Origin: Nemertoderma westbladi
Lineage: Eukaryota; Animalia; Xenacoelomorpha
Reading direction: 5' to 3'
NCBI GenBank assembly: GCA_032718475.1
Contig: JAUCBJ010006859.1
Span: forward strand, 10,377-74,376
DNA: 64,000 nucleotides
Shown: positions 11,601-26,600 of the stretch, one piece after another
Layout of the letters: each line of letters starts with the position of its first letter
Position numbering within the stretch: position 1 is the stretch's first letter
Translations under genes and position numbers: made by a program
Notes under the pieces: model-generated
The model's database searches: none
Told to the model about the DNA's origin: nothing
Seen by the model: only the letters and a program-made list of their open reading frames with translations

Positions 11601-14600
11601 CTATGTAAATGCCTCCCTTACTTACCTCCCGCTCCCTGATTCTCGTGTTGTTCTATGTAAATGCCTCCCTTACTTACCACCCGCTCCCTGATTCTCGTGT
11701 TGTTCTATGTAAATGCCTCCCTTACTTACCTCCCGCTCCCTGATTCTCGTGTTGTTCTATGTAAATGCCTCCCTTACTTACCTCCCGCTCCCTGATTCTC
11801 GTGTTGTTCTATGTAAATGCCTCCCTTACTTACCTCCCGCTCCCTGATTCTCGTGTTGTTCTATGTAAATGCCTCCCTTACTTACCTCCCGCTCCCCGAT
11901 TCTCGTGTTGTTCTATGTAAATGCCTCCCTTACTTACCTCCCGCTCCCCGATTCTCGTGTTGTTCTATGTAAATGCCTCCCTTACTTACCTCCCGCTCCC
12001 TGATTCTCGTGTTGTTCTATGTAAATGCCTCCCTTACTTACCTCCCGCTCCCTGATTCTCGTGTTGTTCTATGTAAATGCCTCCCTTACTTACCTCCCGC
12101 TCCCTGATTCTCGTGTTGTTCTATGTAAATGCCTCCCTTACTTACCTTCCGCTCCCTGATTCTCGTGTTGTTCTATGTAAATGCCTCCCTTACTTACCTC
12201 CTGCTCCCTGATTCTCGTGTTGTTCTATGTAAATGCCTCCCTTACTTACCTCCCGCTCCCTGATTCTCGTGTTGTTCTATGTAAATGCCTCCCTTACTTA
12301 CCTCCCGCTCCCCGATTCTCGTGTTGTTCTATGTAAATGCCTCCCTTACTTACCTCCCGCTCCCTGATTCTCGTGTTGTTCTATGTAAATGCCTCCCTTA
12401 CTTACCTCCTGCTCCCTGATTCTCGTGTTGTTCTATGTAAATGCCTCCCTTACTTACCTCCCGCTCCCGCTCCCTGATTCTCGTGTTGTTCTATGTAAAT
12501 GCCTCCCTTACTTACCTCCCGCTCCCTGATTCTCGTGTTGTTCTATGTAAATGCCTCCCTTACTTACCTCCTGCTCCCTGATTCTCGTGTTGTTCTATGT
12601 AAATGCCTCCCTTACTTACCTCCCGCTCCCTGATTCTCGTGTTGTTCTATGTAAATGCCTCCCTTACTTACCTCCCGCTCCCTGATTCTCGTGTTGTTCT
12701 ATGTAAATGCCTCCCTTACTTACCTCCTGCTCCCTGATTCTCGTGTTGTTCTATGTAAATGCCTCCCTTACTTACCTCCCGCTCCCTGATTCTCGTGTTG
12801 TTCTATGTAAATGCCTCCCTTACTTACCTCGCGCTCCCTGATTCTCGTGTTGTTCTATGTAAATGCCTCCCTTACTTACCTCCTGCTCCCTGATTCTCGT
12901 GTTGTTCTATGTAAATGCCTCCCTTACTTACCTCCCGCTCCCCGATTCTCGTGTTGTTCTATGTAAATGCCTCCCTTACTTACCTCCCGCTCCCTGATTC
13001 TCGTGTTGTTCTATGTAAATGCCTCCCTTACTTACCTCCCGCTCCCTGATTCTCGTGTTGTTCTATGTAAATGCCTCCCTTACTTACCTCCCGTTCCCCG
13101 ATTCTCGTGTTGTTCTATGTAAATGCCCCCCTTACTTACCTCCCGCTCCCCGATTCTCGTGTTGTTCTATGTAAATGCCTCCACTTACCTCCCGCTCCCC
13201 GATTCTCGTGTTGTTCTATGTAAATGCCTCCCTTACTTAACTCCCGCTCCCCGATTCTAGTGTTGTTCTATGTAAATGCCTCCCTTACTTACCTCCCGCT
13301 CCCCGATTCTCGTGTTGTTCTATGTAAATGCCTCCCTTACTTACCTCCCGTTCCCCGATTCTCGTGTTGTTCTATGTAAATGCCCCCCTTACTTACCTCC
13401 CGCTCCCCGATTCTCGTGTTGTTCTATGTAAATGCCTCCACTTACCTCCCGCTCCCCGATTCTCGTGTTGTTCTATGTAAATGCCTCCCTTACTTACCTC
13501 CCGCTCCCCGATTCTCGTGTTGTTCTATGTAAATGCCTCCACTTACCTCCCGCTCCCCGATTCTCGTGTTGTTCTATGTAAATGCCTCCCTTACTTCCTC
13601 CCGCTCCCTGATTCTCGTGTTGTTCTATGTAAATGCCTCCCTTACTTACCTCCCGCTCCCCGATTCTCGTGTTGTTCTATGTAAATGCCTCCCTTACTTA
13701 CCTCCCGCTCCCTGATTCTCGTGTTGTTCTATGTAAATGCCTCCCTTACTTACCTCCCGCTCCCTGATTCTCGTGTTGTTCTATGTAAATGCCTCCCTTA
13801 CTTACCTCCCGCTCCCTGATTCTCGTGTTGTTCTATGTAAATGACTCCACTTACCTCCCGCTCCCTGATTCTCGTGTTGTTCTATGTAAATGCCTCCCTT
13901 ACTTACCTCCCGCTCCCTGATTCTCGTGTTGTTCTATGTAAATGACTCCACTTACCTCCCGCTCCCTGATTCTCGTGTTGTTCTATGTAAATGCCTCCCT
14001 TACTTACCCCCCTCTCCCTGATTCTCGTGTTGTTCTATGTAAATGCCTCCCATACTTACCTCCCGCTCCCCGATTCTCGTGTTGTTCTATGTAAATGACT
14101 CCCTTACTTACCTCCCGCTCCCTGATTCTCGTGTTGTTCTATGTAAATGACTCCACTTACCTCCCGCTCCCTGATTCTCGTGTTGTTCTATGTAAATGCC
14201 TCCCTTACTTACCTCCCGCTCCCCGATTCTCGTGTTGTTCTATGTAAATGACTCCCTTACTTACCTCCCGCTCCCTGATTCTCGTGTTGTTCTATGTAAA
14301 TGACTCCACTTACCTCCCGCTCCCTGATTCTCGTGTTGTTCTATGTAAATGCCTCCCTTACTTACCTCCCGCTCCCTGATTCTCGTGTTGTTCTATGTAA
14401 ATGACTCCACTTACCTCCCGCTCCCTGATTCTCGTGTTGTTCTATGTAAATGCCTCCCTTACTTACCTCCCGCTCCCCGATTCTCGTGTTGTTCTATGTA
14501 AATGCCTCCCTTACTTACCTCCCGCTCCCTGATTCTCGTGTTGTTCTATGTAAATGCCTCCCTTACTTACCTCCTGCTCCCTGATTCTCGTGTTGTTCTA

Positions 14601-17600
14601 TGTAAATGCCTCCCTTACTTACCCCCCGCTCCCTGATTCTCGTGTTGTTCTATGTAAATGCCTCCCTTACTTACCTCCCGCTCCCTGATTCTCGTGTTGT
14701 TCTATGTAAATGCCTACCTTACTTACCTCCCGCTCCCCGATTCTCGTGTTGTTCTATGTAAATGCCTCCCTTACTTACCTCCCGCTCCCTGATTCTCGTG
14801 TTGTTCTATGTAAATGCCTCCCTTACTTACCTCCCGCTCCCTGATTATCGTGTTGTTCTATGTAATTGCCTCCCTTACTTACCTCCCGCTCCCTGATTCT
14901 CGTGTTGTTCTATGTAAATGCCTCCCTTACTTACCTCCCGCTCCCTGATTATCGTGTTGTTCTATGTAAATGCCTCCCTTACTTACCTCCCGCTCCCTGA
15001 TTCTCGTGTTGTTCTATGTAAATGCCTCCCTTACTTACCTCCCGCTCCCTGATTCTCGTGTTGTTCTATGTAAATGCCTCCCTTACTTACCTCCCGCTCC
15101 CTGATTCTCGTGTTGTTCTATGTAAATGCCTCCCTTACTTACCTCCCGCTCCCTGATTCTCGTGTTGTTCTATGTAAATGCCTCCCTTACTTACCTCCCG
15201 CTCCCTGATTCTCGTGTTGTTCTATGTAAATGCCTCCCTTACTTACCTCCCGCTCCCCGATTCTCGTGTTGTTCTATGTAAATGCCTCCCTTACTTACCT
15301 CCCGCTCCCCGATTCTCGTGTTGTTCTATGTAAATGCCTCCCTTACTTACCTCCCGCTCCCTGATTCTCGTGTTGTTCTATGTAAATGCCTCCCTTACTT
15401 ACCTCCCGCTCCCTGATTCTCGTGTTGTTCTATGTAAATGCCTCCCTTACTTACCTCCCGCTCCCTGATTCTCGTGTTGTTCTATGTAAATGCCTCCCTT
15501 ACTTACCTTCCGCTCCCTGATTCTCGTGTTGTTCTATGTAAATGCCTCCCTTACTTACCTCCTGCTCCCTGATTCTCGTGTTGTTCTATGTAAATGCCTC
15601 CCTTACTTACCTCCCGCTCCCTGATTCTCGTGTTGTTCTATGTAAATGCCTCCCTTACTTACCTCCCGCTCCCCGATTCTCGTGTTGTTCTATGTAAATG
15701 CCTCCCTTACTTACCTCCCGCTCCCTGATTCTCGTGTTGTTCTATGTAAATGCCTCCCTTACTTACCTCCTGCTCCCTGATTCTCGTGTTGTTCTATGTA
15801 AATGCCTCCCTTACTTACCTCCCGCTCCCGCTCCCTGATTCTCGTGTTGTTCTATGTAAATGCCTCCCTTACTTACCTCCCGCTCCCTGATTCTCGTGTT
15901 GTTCTATGTAAATGCCTCCCTTACTTACCTCCTGCTCCCTGATTCTCGTGTTGTTCTATGTAAATGCCTCCCTTACTTACCTCCCGCTCCCTGATTCTCG
16001 TGTTGTTCTATGTAAATGCCTCCCTTACTTACCTCCCGCTCCCTGATTCTCGTGTTGTTCTATGTAAATGCCTCCCTTACTTACCTCCTGCTCCCTGATT
16101 CTCGTGTTGTTCTATGTAAATGCCTCCCTTACTTACCTCCCGCTCCCTGATTCTCGTGTTGTTCTATGTAAATGCCTCCCTTACTTACCTCGCGCTCCCT
16201 GATTCTCGTGTTGTTCTATGTAAATGCCTCCCTTACTTACCTCCTGCTCCCTGATTCTCGTGTTGTTCTATGTAAATGCCTCCCTTACTTACCTCCCGCT
16301 CCCCGATTCTCGTGTTGTTCTATGTAAATGCCTCCCTTACTTACCTCCCGCTCCCTGATTCTCGTGTTGTTCTATGTAAATGCCTCCCTTACTTACCTCC
16401 CGCTCCCTGATTCTCGTGTTGTTCTATGTAAATGCCTCCCTTACTTACCTCCCGTTCCCCGATTCTCGTGTTGTTCTATGTAAATGCCCCCCTTACTTAC
16501 CTCCCGCTCCCCGATTCTCGTGTTGTTCTATGTAAATGCCTCCACTTACCTCCCGCTCCCCGATTCTCGTGTTGTTCTATGTAAATGCCTCCCTTACTTA
16601 ACTCCCGCTCCCCGATTCTAGTGTTGTTCTATGTAAATGCCTCCCTTACTTACCTCCCGCTCCCCGATTCTCGTGTTGTTCTATGTAAATGCCTCCCTTA
16701 CTTACCTCCCGTTCCCCGATTCTCGTGTTGTTCTATGTAAATGCCTCCCTTACTTACCTCCCGCTCCCTGATTCTCGTGTTGTTCTATGTAAATGCCTCC
16801 CTTACTTACCTCCCGCTCCCTGATTCTCGTGTTGTTCTATGTAAATGCCTCCCTTACTTACCTCCCGCTCCCCGATTCTCGTGTTGTTCTATGTAAATGC
16901 CTCCCTTACTTACCTCCCGCTCCCCGATTCTCGTGTTGTTCTATGTAAATGCCTCCCTTACTTACCTCCCGCTCCCTGATTCTCGTGTTGTTCTATGTAA
17001 ATGCCTCCCTTACTTACCTCCCGCTCCCTGATTCTCGTGTTGTTCTATGTAAATGCCTCCCTTACTTACCTCCCGCTCCCTGATTCTCGTGTTGTTCTAT
17101 GTAAATGCCTCCCTTACTTACCTTCCGCTCCCTGATTCTCGTGTTGTTCTATGTAAATGCCTCCCTTACTTACCTCCTGCTCCCTGATTCTCGTGTTGTT
17201 CTATGTAAATGCCTCCCTTACTTACCTCCCGCTCCCTGATTCTCGTGTTGTTCTATGTAAATGCCTCCCTTACTTACCTCCCGCTCCCCGATTCTCGTGT
17301 TGTTCTATGTAAATGCCTCCCTTACTTACCTCCCGCTCCCTGATTCTCGTGTTGTTCTATGTAAATGCCTCCCTTACTTACCTCCTGCTCCCTGATTCTC
17401 GTGTTGTTCTATGTAAATGCCTCCCTTACTTACCTCCCGCTCCCGCTCCCTGATTCTCGTGTTGTTCTATGTAAATGCCTCCCTTACTTACCTCCCGCTC
17501 CCTGATTCTCGTGTTGTTCTATGTAAATGCCTCCCTTACTTACCTCCTGCTCCCTGATTCTCGTGTTGTTCTATGTAAATGCCTCCCTTACTTACCTCCC

Positions 17601-20600
17601 GCTCCCTGATTCTCGTGTTGTTCTATGTAAATGCCTCCCTTACTTACCTCCCGCTCCCTGATTCTCGTGTTGTTCTATGTAAATGCCTCCCTTACTTACC
17701 TCCTGCTCCCTGATTCTCGTGTTGTTCTATGTAAATGCCTCCCTTACTTACCTCCCGCTCCCTGATTCTCGTGTTGTTCTATGTAAATGCCTCCCTTACT
17801 TACCTCCTGCTCCCTGATTCTCGTGTTGTTCTATGTAATTGCCTCCCTTACTTACCTCCCGCTCCCCGATTCTCGTGTTGTTCTATGTAAATGCTTCCCT
17901 TACTTACCTCCCGCTCCCCGATTCTCGTGTTGTTCTATGTAAATGCCTCCCTTACTTACCTCCCGCTCCCTGATTCTCGTGTTGTTCTATGTAAATGCCT
18001 CCCTTACTTACCTCCCGCTCCCTGATTCTCGTGTTGTTCTATGTAAATGCCTCCCTTACTTACCTCCCGCTCCCTGATTCTCGTGTTGTTCTATGTAAAT
18101 GCCTCCCTTACTTACCTCCCGCTCCCTGATTCTCGTGTTGTTCTATGTAAATGCCTCCCTTACTTACCTCCCGCTCCCTGATTCTCGTGTTGTTCTATGT
18201 AAATGCCTCCCTTACTTACCTCCCGCTCCCCGATTCTCGTGTTGTTCTATGTAAATGCCTCCCTTACTTACCTCCCGCTCCCCGATTCTCGTGTTGTTCT
18301 ATGTAAATGCCTCCCTTACTTACCTCCCGCTCCCTGATTCTCGTGTTGTTCTATGTAAATGCCTCCCTTACTTACCTCCCGCTCCCTGATTCTCGTGTTG
18401 TTCTATGTAAATGCCTCCCTTACTTACCTCCCGCTCCCTGATTCTCGTGTTGTTCTATGTAAATGCCTCCCTTACTTACCTTCCGCTCCCTGATTCTCGT
18501 GTTGTTCTATGTAAATGCCTCCCTTACTTACCTCCTGCTCCCTGATTCTCGTGTTGTTCTATGTAAATGCCTCCCTTACTTACCTCCCGCTCCCTGATTC
18601 TCGTGTTGTTCTATGTAAATGCCTCCCTTACTTACCTCCCGCTCCCCGATTCTCGTGTTGTTCTATGTAAATGCCTCCCTTACTTACCTCCCGCTCCCTG
18701 ATTCTCGTGTTGTTCTATGTAAATGCCTCCCTTACTTACCTCCTGCTCCCTGATTCTCGTGTTGTTCTATGTAAATGCCTCCCTTACTTACCTCCCGCTC
18801 CCGCTCCCTGATTCTCGTGTTGTTCTATGTAAATGCCTCCCTTACTTACCTCCCGCTCCCTGATTCTCGTGTTGTTCTATGTAAATGCCTCCCTTACTTA
18901 CCTCCTGCTCCCTGATTCTCGTGTTGTTCTATGTAAATGCCTCCCTTACTTACCTCCCGCTCCCTGATTCTCGTGTTGTTCTATGTAAATGCCTCCCTTA
19001 CTTACCTCCCGCTCCCTGATTCTCGTGTTGTTCTATGTAAATGCCTCCCTTACTTACCTCCTGCTCCCTGATTCTCGTGTTGTTCTATGTAAATGCCTCC
19101 CTTACTTACCTCCCGCTCCCTGATTCTCGTGTTGTTCTATGTAAATGCCTCCCTTACTTACCTCGCGTTCCCTGATTCTCGTGTTGTTCTATGTAAATGC
19201 CTCCCTTACTTACCTCATGCTCCCTGATTCTCGTGTTGTTCTATGTAAATGCCTCCCTTACTTACCTCCCGCTCCCCGATTCTCGTGTTGTTCTATGTAA
19301 ATGCCTCCCTTACTTACCTCCCGCTCCCTGATTCTCGTGTTGTTCTATGTAAATGCCTCCCTTACTTACCTCCCGCTCCCTGATTCTCGTGTTGTTCTAT
19401 GTAAATGCCTCCCTTACTTACCTCCCGTTCCCCGATTATCGTGTTGTTCTATGTAAATGCCCCCCTTACTTACCTCCCGCTCCCCGATTCTCGTGTTGTT
19501 CTATGTAAATGCCTCCACTTACCTCCCGCTCCCCGATTCTCGTGTTGTTCTATGTAAATGCCTCCCTTACTTAACTCCCGCTCCCCGATTCTAGTGTTGT
19601 TCTATGTAAATGCCTCCCTTACTTACCTCCCGCTCCCCGATTCTCGTGTTGTTCTATGTAAATGCCTCCCTTACTTACCTCCCGTTCCCCGATTCTCGTG
19701 TTGTTCTATGTAAATGCCTCCCTTACTTACCTCCCGCTCCCTGATTCTCGTGTTGTTCTATGTAAATGCCTCCCTTACTTACCTCCCGCTCCCTGATTCT
19801 CGTGTTGTTCTATGTAAATGCCTCCCTTACTTACCTCCCGCTCCCCGATTCTCGTGTTGTTCTATGTAAATGCCTCCCTTACTTACCTCCCGCTCCCCGA
19901 TTCTCGTGTTGTTCTATGTAAATGCCTCCCTTACTTACCTCCCGCTCCCTGATTCTCGTGTTGTTCTATGTAAATGCCTCCCTTACTTACCTCCCGCTCC
20001 CTGATTCTCGTGTTGTTCTATGTAAATGCCTCCCTTACTTACCTCCCGCTCCCTGATTCTCGTGTTGTTCTATGTAAATGCCTCCCTTACTTACCTTCCG
20101 CTCCCTGATTCTCGTGTTGTTCTATGTAAATGCCTCCCTTACTTACCTCCTGCTCCCTGATTCTCGTGTTGTTCTATGTAAATGCCTCCCTTACTTACCT
20201 CCCGCTCCCTGATTCTCGTGTTGTTCTATGTAAATGCCTCCCTTACTTACCTCCCGCTCCCCGATTCTCGTGTTGTTCTATGTAAATGCCTCCCTTACTT
20301 ACCTCCCGCTCCCTGATTCTCGTGTTGTTCTATGTAAATGCCTCCCTTACTTACCTCCTGCTCCCTGATTCTCGTGTTGTTCTATGTAAATGCCTCCCTT
20401 ACTTACCTCCCGCTCCCGCTCCCTGATTCTCGTGTTGTTCTATGTAAATGCCTCCCTTACTTACCTCCCGCTCCCTGATTCTCGTGTTGTTCTATGTAAA
20501 TGCCTCCCTTACTTACCTCCTGCTCCCTGATTCTCGTGTTGTTCTATGTAAATGCCTCCCTTACTTACCTCCCGCTCCCTGATTCTCGTGTTGTTCTATG

Positions 20601-23600
20601 TAAATGCCTCCCTTACTTACCTCCCGCTCCCTGATTCTCGTGTTGTTCTATGTAAATGCCTCCCTTACTTACCTCCTGCTCCCTGATTCTCGTGTTGTTC
20701 TATGTAAATGCCTCCCTTACTTACCTCCCGCTCCCTGATTCTCGTGTTGTTCTATGTAAATGCCTCCCTTACTTACCTCGCGCTCCCTGATTCTCGTGTT
20801 GTTCTATGTAAATGCCTCCCTTACTTACCTCCTGCTCCCTGATTCTCGTGTTGTTCTATGTAAATGCCTCCCTTACTTACCTCCCGCTCCCCGATTCTCG
20901 TGTTGTTCTATGTAAATGCCTCCCTTACTTACCTCCCGCTCCCTGATTCTCGTGTTGTTCTATGTAAATGCCTCCCTTACTTACCTCCCGCTCCCTGATT
21001 CTCGTGTTGTTCTATGTAAATGCCTCCCTTACTTACCTCCCGTTCCCCGATTCTCGTGTTGTTCTATGTAAATGCCCCCCTTACTTACCTCCCGCTCCCC
21101 GATTCTCGTGTTGTTCTATGTAAATGCCTCCACTTACCTCCCGCTCCCCGATTCTCGTGTTGTTCTATGTAAATGCCTCCCTTACTTAACTCCCGCTCCC
21201 CGATTCTAGTGTTGTTCTATGTAAATGCCTCCCTTACTTACCTCCCGCTCCCCGATTCTCGTGTTGTTCTATGTAAATGCCTCCCTTACTTACCTCCCGT
21301 TCCCCGATTCTCGTGTTGTTCTATGTAAATGCCCCCCTTACTTACCTCCCGCTCCCCGATTCTCGTGTTGTTCTATGTAAATGCCTCCACTTACCTCCCG
21401 CTCCCCGATTCTCGTGTTGTTCTATGTAAATGCCTCCCTTACTTACCTCCCGCTCCCCGATTCTCGTGTTGTTCTATGTAAATGCCTCCACTTACCTCCC
21501 GCTCCCCGATTCTCGTGTTGTTCTATGTAAATGCCTCCCTTACTTACCTCCCGCTCCCTGATTCTCGTGTTGTTCTATGTAAATGCCTCCCTTACTTACC
21601 TCCCGCTCCCCGATTCTCGTGTTGTTCTATGTAAATGCCTCCCTTACTTACCTCCCGCTCCCTGATTCTCGTGTTGTTCTATGTAAATGCCTCCACTTAC
21701 CTCCCGCTCCCCGATTCTCGTGTTGTTCTATGTAAATGCCTCCCTTACTTACCTCCCGCTCCCTGATTCTCGTGTTGTGCTATGTAAATGCCTCCCTTAC
21801 TTACCTCCCGCACCCCGATTCTCGTGTTGTTCTATGTAAATGCCTCCCTTACTTACCTCCCGCTCCCTGATTCTCGTATTGTTCTATATAAATGCCTCCC
21901 TTACTTACCTCCCGCTCCCCGATTCTCGTGTTGTTCTATGTAAATGCCTCCACTTACCTCCCGCTCCCCGATTCTCGTGTTGTTCTATATAAATGCCTCC
22001 ACTTACCTCCCGCTCCCTGATTCTCGTGTTGTTCTATGTAAATGCCTCCCTTACTTACCTCCCGCTCCCCGATTCTCGTGTTGTTCTATGTAAATGCCTC
22101 CCTTACTTACCTCCCGCTCCCTGATTCTCGTGTTGTTCTATGTAAATGCCTCCCTTACTTACCTCCCGCTCCCTGATTCTCGTGTTGTTCTATGTAAATG
22201 CCTCCACTTACCTCCCGCTCCCTGATTCTCGTGTTGTTCTATGTAAATGCCTCCACTTACCTCCCGCTCCCTGATTCTCGTGTTGTTCTATGTAAATGCC
22301 TCCACTTACCTCCCGCTCCCTGATTCTCGTGTTGTTCTATGTAAATGCCTCCCTTACTTACCTCCCGCTCCCTGATTCTCGTGTTGTTCTATGTAAATGC
22401 CTCCCTTACTTAACTCCCGCTCCCTGATTCTCGTGTTGTTCTATGTAAATGCCTCCACTTACCTCCCGCTCCCCGATTCTCGTGTTGTTCTATATAAATG
22501 CCTCCACTTACCTCCCGCTCCCTGATTCTCGTGTTGTTCTATGTAAATGCCTCCCTTACTTACCTCCCGCTCCCCGATTCTCGTGTTGTTCTATGTAAAT
22601 GCCTCCACTTACCTCCCGCTCCCTGATTCTCGTGTTGTTCTATGTAAATGCCTCCACTTACCTCCCGCTCCCTGATTCTCGTGTTGTTCTATGTAATTGC
22701 CTCCCTTACTTACCTCCCGCTCCCCGATTCTCGTGTTGTTCTATGTAAATGCCTCCCTTACTTACCTCCCGCTCCCTGATTCTCGTGTTGTTCTATGTAA
22801 ATGCCTCCCTTACTTACCTCCCGCTCCCCGATTCTCGTGTTGTTCTATGTAAATGCCTCCCTTACTTACCTCCCGCTCCCCGATTCTCGTGTTGTTCTAT
22901 GTAAATGCCTCCCTTACTTACCTCCCGCTCCCTGATTATCGTGTTGTTCTATGTAATTGCCTCCCTTACTTACCTCCCGCTCCCCGATTCTCGTGTTGTT
23001 CTATGTAAATGCCTCCCTTACTTACCTCCCGCTCCCTGATTCTCGTGTTGTTCTATGTAAATGCCTCCACTTACCTCCCGCTCCCTGATTCTCGTGTTGT
23101 TCTATGTAATTGTCTCCCTTACTTACCTCCCGCTCCCCGATTCTCGTGTTGTTCTATGTAAATGCCTCCCTTACTTACCTCCCGCTCCCTGATTCTCGTG
23201 TTGTTCTATGTAAATGCCTCCCTTACTTACCTCCCGCTCCCCGATTGTCGTGTTGTTCTATGTAAATGCCTCCCTTACTTACCTCCCGCTCCCCGATTCT
23301 CGTGTTGTTCTATGTAAATGCCTCCCTTACTTACCTCCCGCTCCCTGATTATCGTGTTGTTCTATGTAATTGCCTCCCTTACTTACCTCCCGCTCCCCGA
23401 TTCTCGTGTTGTTCTATGTAAATGCCTCCCTTACTTACCTCCCGCTCCCTGATTATCGTGTTGTTCTATGTAATTGCCTCCCTTACTTACCTCCCGCTCC
23501 CTGATTCTCGTGTTGTTCTATGTAAATGCCTCCCTTACTTACCTCCCGCTCCCTGATTCTCGTGTTGTTCTATGTAAATGCCTCCCTTACTTACCTCCCG

Positions 23601-26600
23601 CTCCCTGATTCTCGTGTTGTTCTATGTAATTGCCTCCCTTACTTACCTCCCGCTCCCTGATTCTCGTGTTGTTCTATGTAAATGCCTCCCTTACTTACCT
23701 CCCGCTCCCTGATTCTCGTGTTGTTCTATGTAAATGCCTCCCTTACTTACCTCCCGCTCCCCGATTCTCGTGTTGTTCTATGTAAATGCCTCCCTTACTT
23801 ACCTCCCGCTCCCCGATTCTCGTGTTGTTCTATGTAAATGCCTCCCTTACTTACCTCCCGCTCCCTGATTCTCGTGTTGTTCTATGTAAATGCCTCCCTT
23901 ACTTACCTCCCGCTCCCCGATTCTCGTGTTGTTCTATGTAAATGCCTCCCTTACTTACCTCCCGCTCCCTGATTCTCGTGTTGTTCTATGTAAATGCCTC
24001 CCTTACTTACCTCCCGCTCCCCGATTCTCGTGTTGTTCTATGTAAATGCCTCCCTTACTTACCTCCCGCTCCCTGATTCTCGTGTTGTTCTATGTAAATG
24101 CCTCCCTTACTTACCTCCCGCTCCCCGATTCTCGTGTTGTTCTATGTAAATGCCTCCCTTACTTACCTCCCGCTCCCTGATTCTCGTGTTGTTCTATGTA
24201 AATGCCTCCCTTACTTACCTCCCGCTCCCCGATTCTCGTGTTGTTCTATGTAAATGCCTCCCTTACTTACCTCCCGCTCCCTGATTCTCGTGTTGTTCTA
24301 TGTAAATGCCTCCCTTACTTACCTCCCGCTCCCTGATTCTCGTGTTGTTCTATGTAAATGCCTCCCTTACTTACCTCCCGCTCCCTGATTCTCGTGTTGT
24401 TCTATGTAAATGCCTCCCTTACTTACCTCCCGCTCCCTGATTCTCGTGTTGTTCTATGTAAATGCCTCCCTTACTTACCTCCCGCTCCCTGATTCTCGTG
24501 TTGTTCTATGTAAATGCCTCCCTTACTTACCTCCCGCTCCCCGATTCTCGTGTTGTTCTATGTAAATGCCTCCCTTACTTACCTCCCGCTCCCCGATTCT
24601 CGTGTTGTTCTATGTAAATGCCTCCCTTACTTACCTCCCGCTCCCTGATTCTCGTGTTGTTCTATGTAAATGCCTCCCTTACTTACCTCCCGCTCCCTGA
24701 TTCTCGTGTTGTTCTATGTAAATGCCTCCCTTACTTACCTCCCGCTCCCTGATTCTCGTGTTGTTCTATGTAAATGCCTCCCTTACTTACCTCCCGCTCC
24801 CTGATTCTCGTGTTGTTCTATGTAAATGCCTCCCTTACTTACCTCCCGCTCCCCGATTCTCGTGTTGTTCTATGTAAATGCCTCCCTTACTTACCTCCCG
24901 CTCCCTGATTCTCGTGTTGTTCTATGTAAATGCCTCCCTTACTTACCTCCCGCTCCCTGATTCTCGTGTTGTTCTATGTAAATGCCTCCCTTACTTACCT
25001 CCCGCTCCCCGATTCTCGTGTTGTTCTATGTAAATGCCTCCCTTACTTACCTCCCGCTCCCTGATTCTCGTGTTGTTCTATGTAAATGCCTCCCTTACTT
25101 ACCTCCCGCTCCCTGATTCTCGTGTTGTTCTATGTAAATGCCTCCCTTACTTACCTCCCGCTCCCTGATTCTCGTGTTGTTCTATGTAAATGCCTCCCTT
25201 ACTTATCTCCCGCTCCCTGATTCTCGTGTTGTTCTATGTAAATGCCTCCCTTACTTATCTCCCGCTCCCTGAGTCTCGTGTTGTTCTATGTAAATGCCTC
25301 CCTTACTTACCTCCCGCTCCCCGATTCTCGTGTTGTTCTATGTAAATGCCTCCCTTACTTACCTCCCGCTCCCTGATCCTCGTGTTGTTCTATGTAAATG
25401 CCTCCCTTACTTACCTCCCGCTCCCTGATTCTCGTGTTGTTCTATGTAAATGCCTCCCTTACTTACCTCCCGCTCCCTGATTCTCGTGTTGTTCTATGTA
25501 AATACCTCCCTTACTTACCTCCCGCTCCCTGATTCTCGTGTTGTTCTATGTAAATGCCTCCCTTACTTACCTCCCGCTCCCTGATTCTCGTGTTGTTCTA
25601 TGTAAATGCCTCCCTTACTTACCTCCCGCTCCCCGATTCTCGTGTTGTTCTATGTAAATGCCTCCCTTACTTACCTCCCGCTCCCTGATTCTCGTGTTGT
25701 TCTATGTAAATGCCTCCCTTACTTACCTCCCGCTCCCTGATTCTCGTGTTGTTCTATGTAAATGCCTCCCTTACTTACCTCCCGCTCCCCGATTCTCGTG
25801 TTGTTCTATGTAAATGCCTCCCTTACTTACCTCCCGCTCCCTGATTCTCGTGTTGTTCTATGTAAATACCTCCCTTACTTACCTCCCGCTCCCCGATTCT
25901 CGTGTTGTTCTATGTAAATGCCTCCCTTACTTACCTCCCGCTCCCTGATTCTCGTGTTGTTCTATGTAAATGCCTCCCTTACTTACCTCCCGCTCCCTGA
26001 TTCTCGTGTTGTTCTATGTAAATGCCTCCCTTACTTACCTCCCGCTCCCTGATTCTCGTGTTGTTCTATGTAAATGACTCCCTACTTACCTCCCGCTCCC
26101 TGATTCTCGTGTTGTTCTATGTAAATGCCTCCCTTACTTACCTCCCGCTCCCTGATTCTCGTGTTGTTCTATGTAAATGACTCCACTTACCTCCCGCTCC
26201 CTGATTCTCGTGTTGTTCTATGTAAATGCCTCCCTTACTTACGCTCCCGCTCCCTGATTCTCGTGTTGTTCTATGTAAATGCCTCCCATACTTACCCCCC
26301 GCTCCCTGATTCTCGTGTTGTTCTATGTAAATGCCTCCCTTACTTACCTCCCGCTCCCTGATTCTCGTGTTGTTCTATGTAAATGCCTCCCTTACTTACC
26401 TCCCGCTCCCTGATTCTCGTGTTGTTCTATGTAAATGCCTCCCTTACTTACCTCCCGCTCCCTGATTCTCGTGTTGTTCTATGTAAATGCCTCCCATACT
26501 TACCTCCCGCTCCCTGATTCTCGTGTTGTTCTATGTAAATGCCTCCCTTACTTACCTCCCGCTCCCCGATTCTCGTGTTGTTCTATGTAAATGCCTCCCT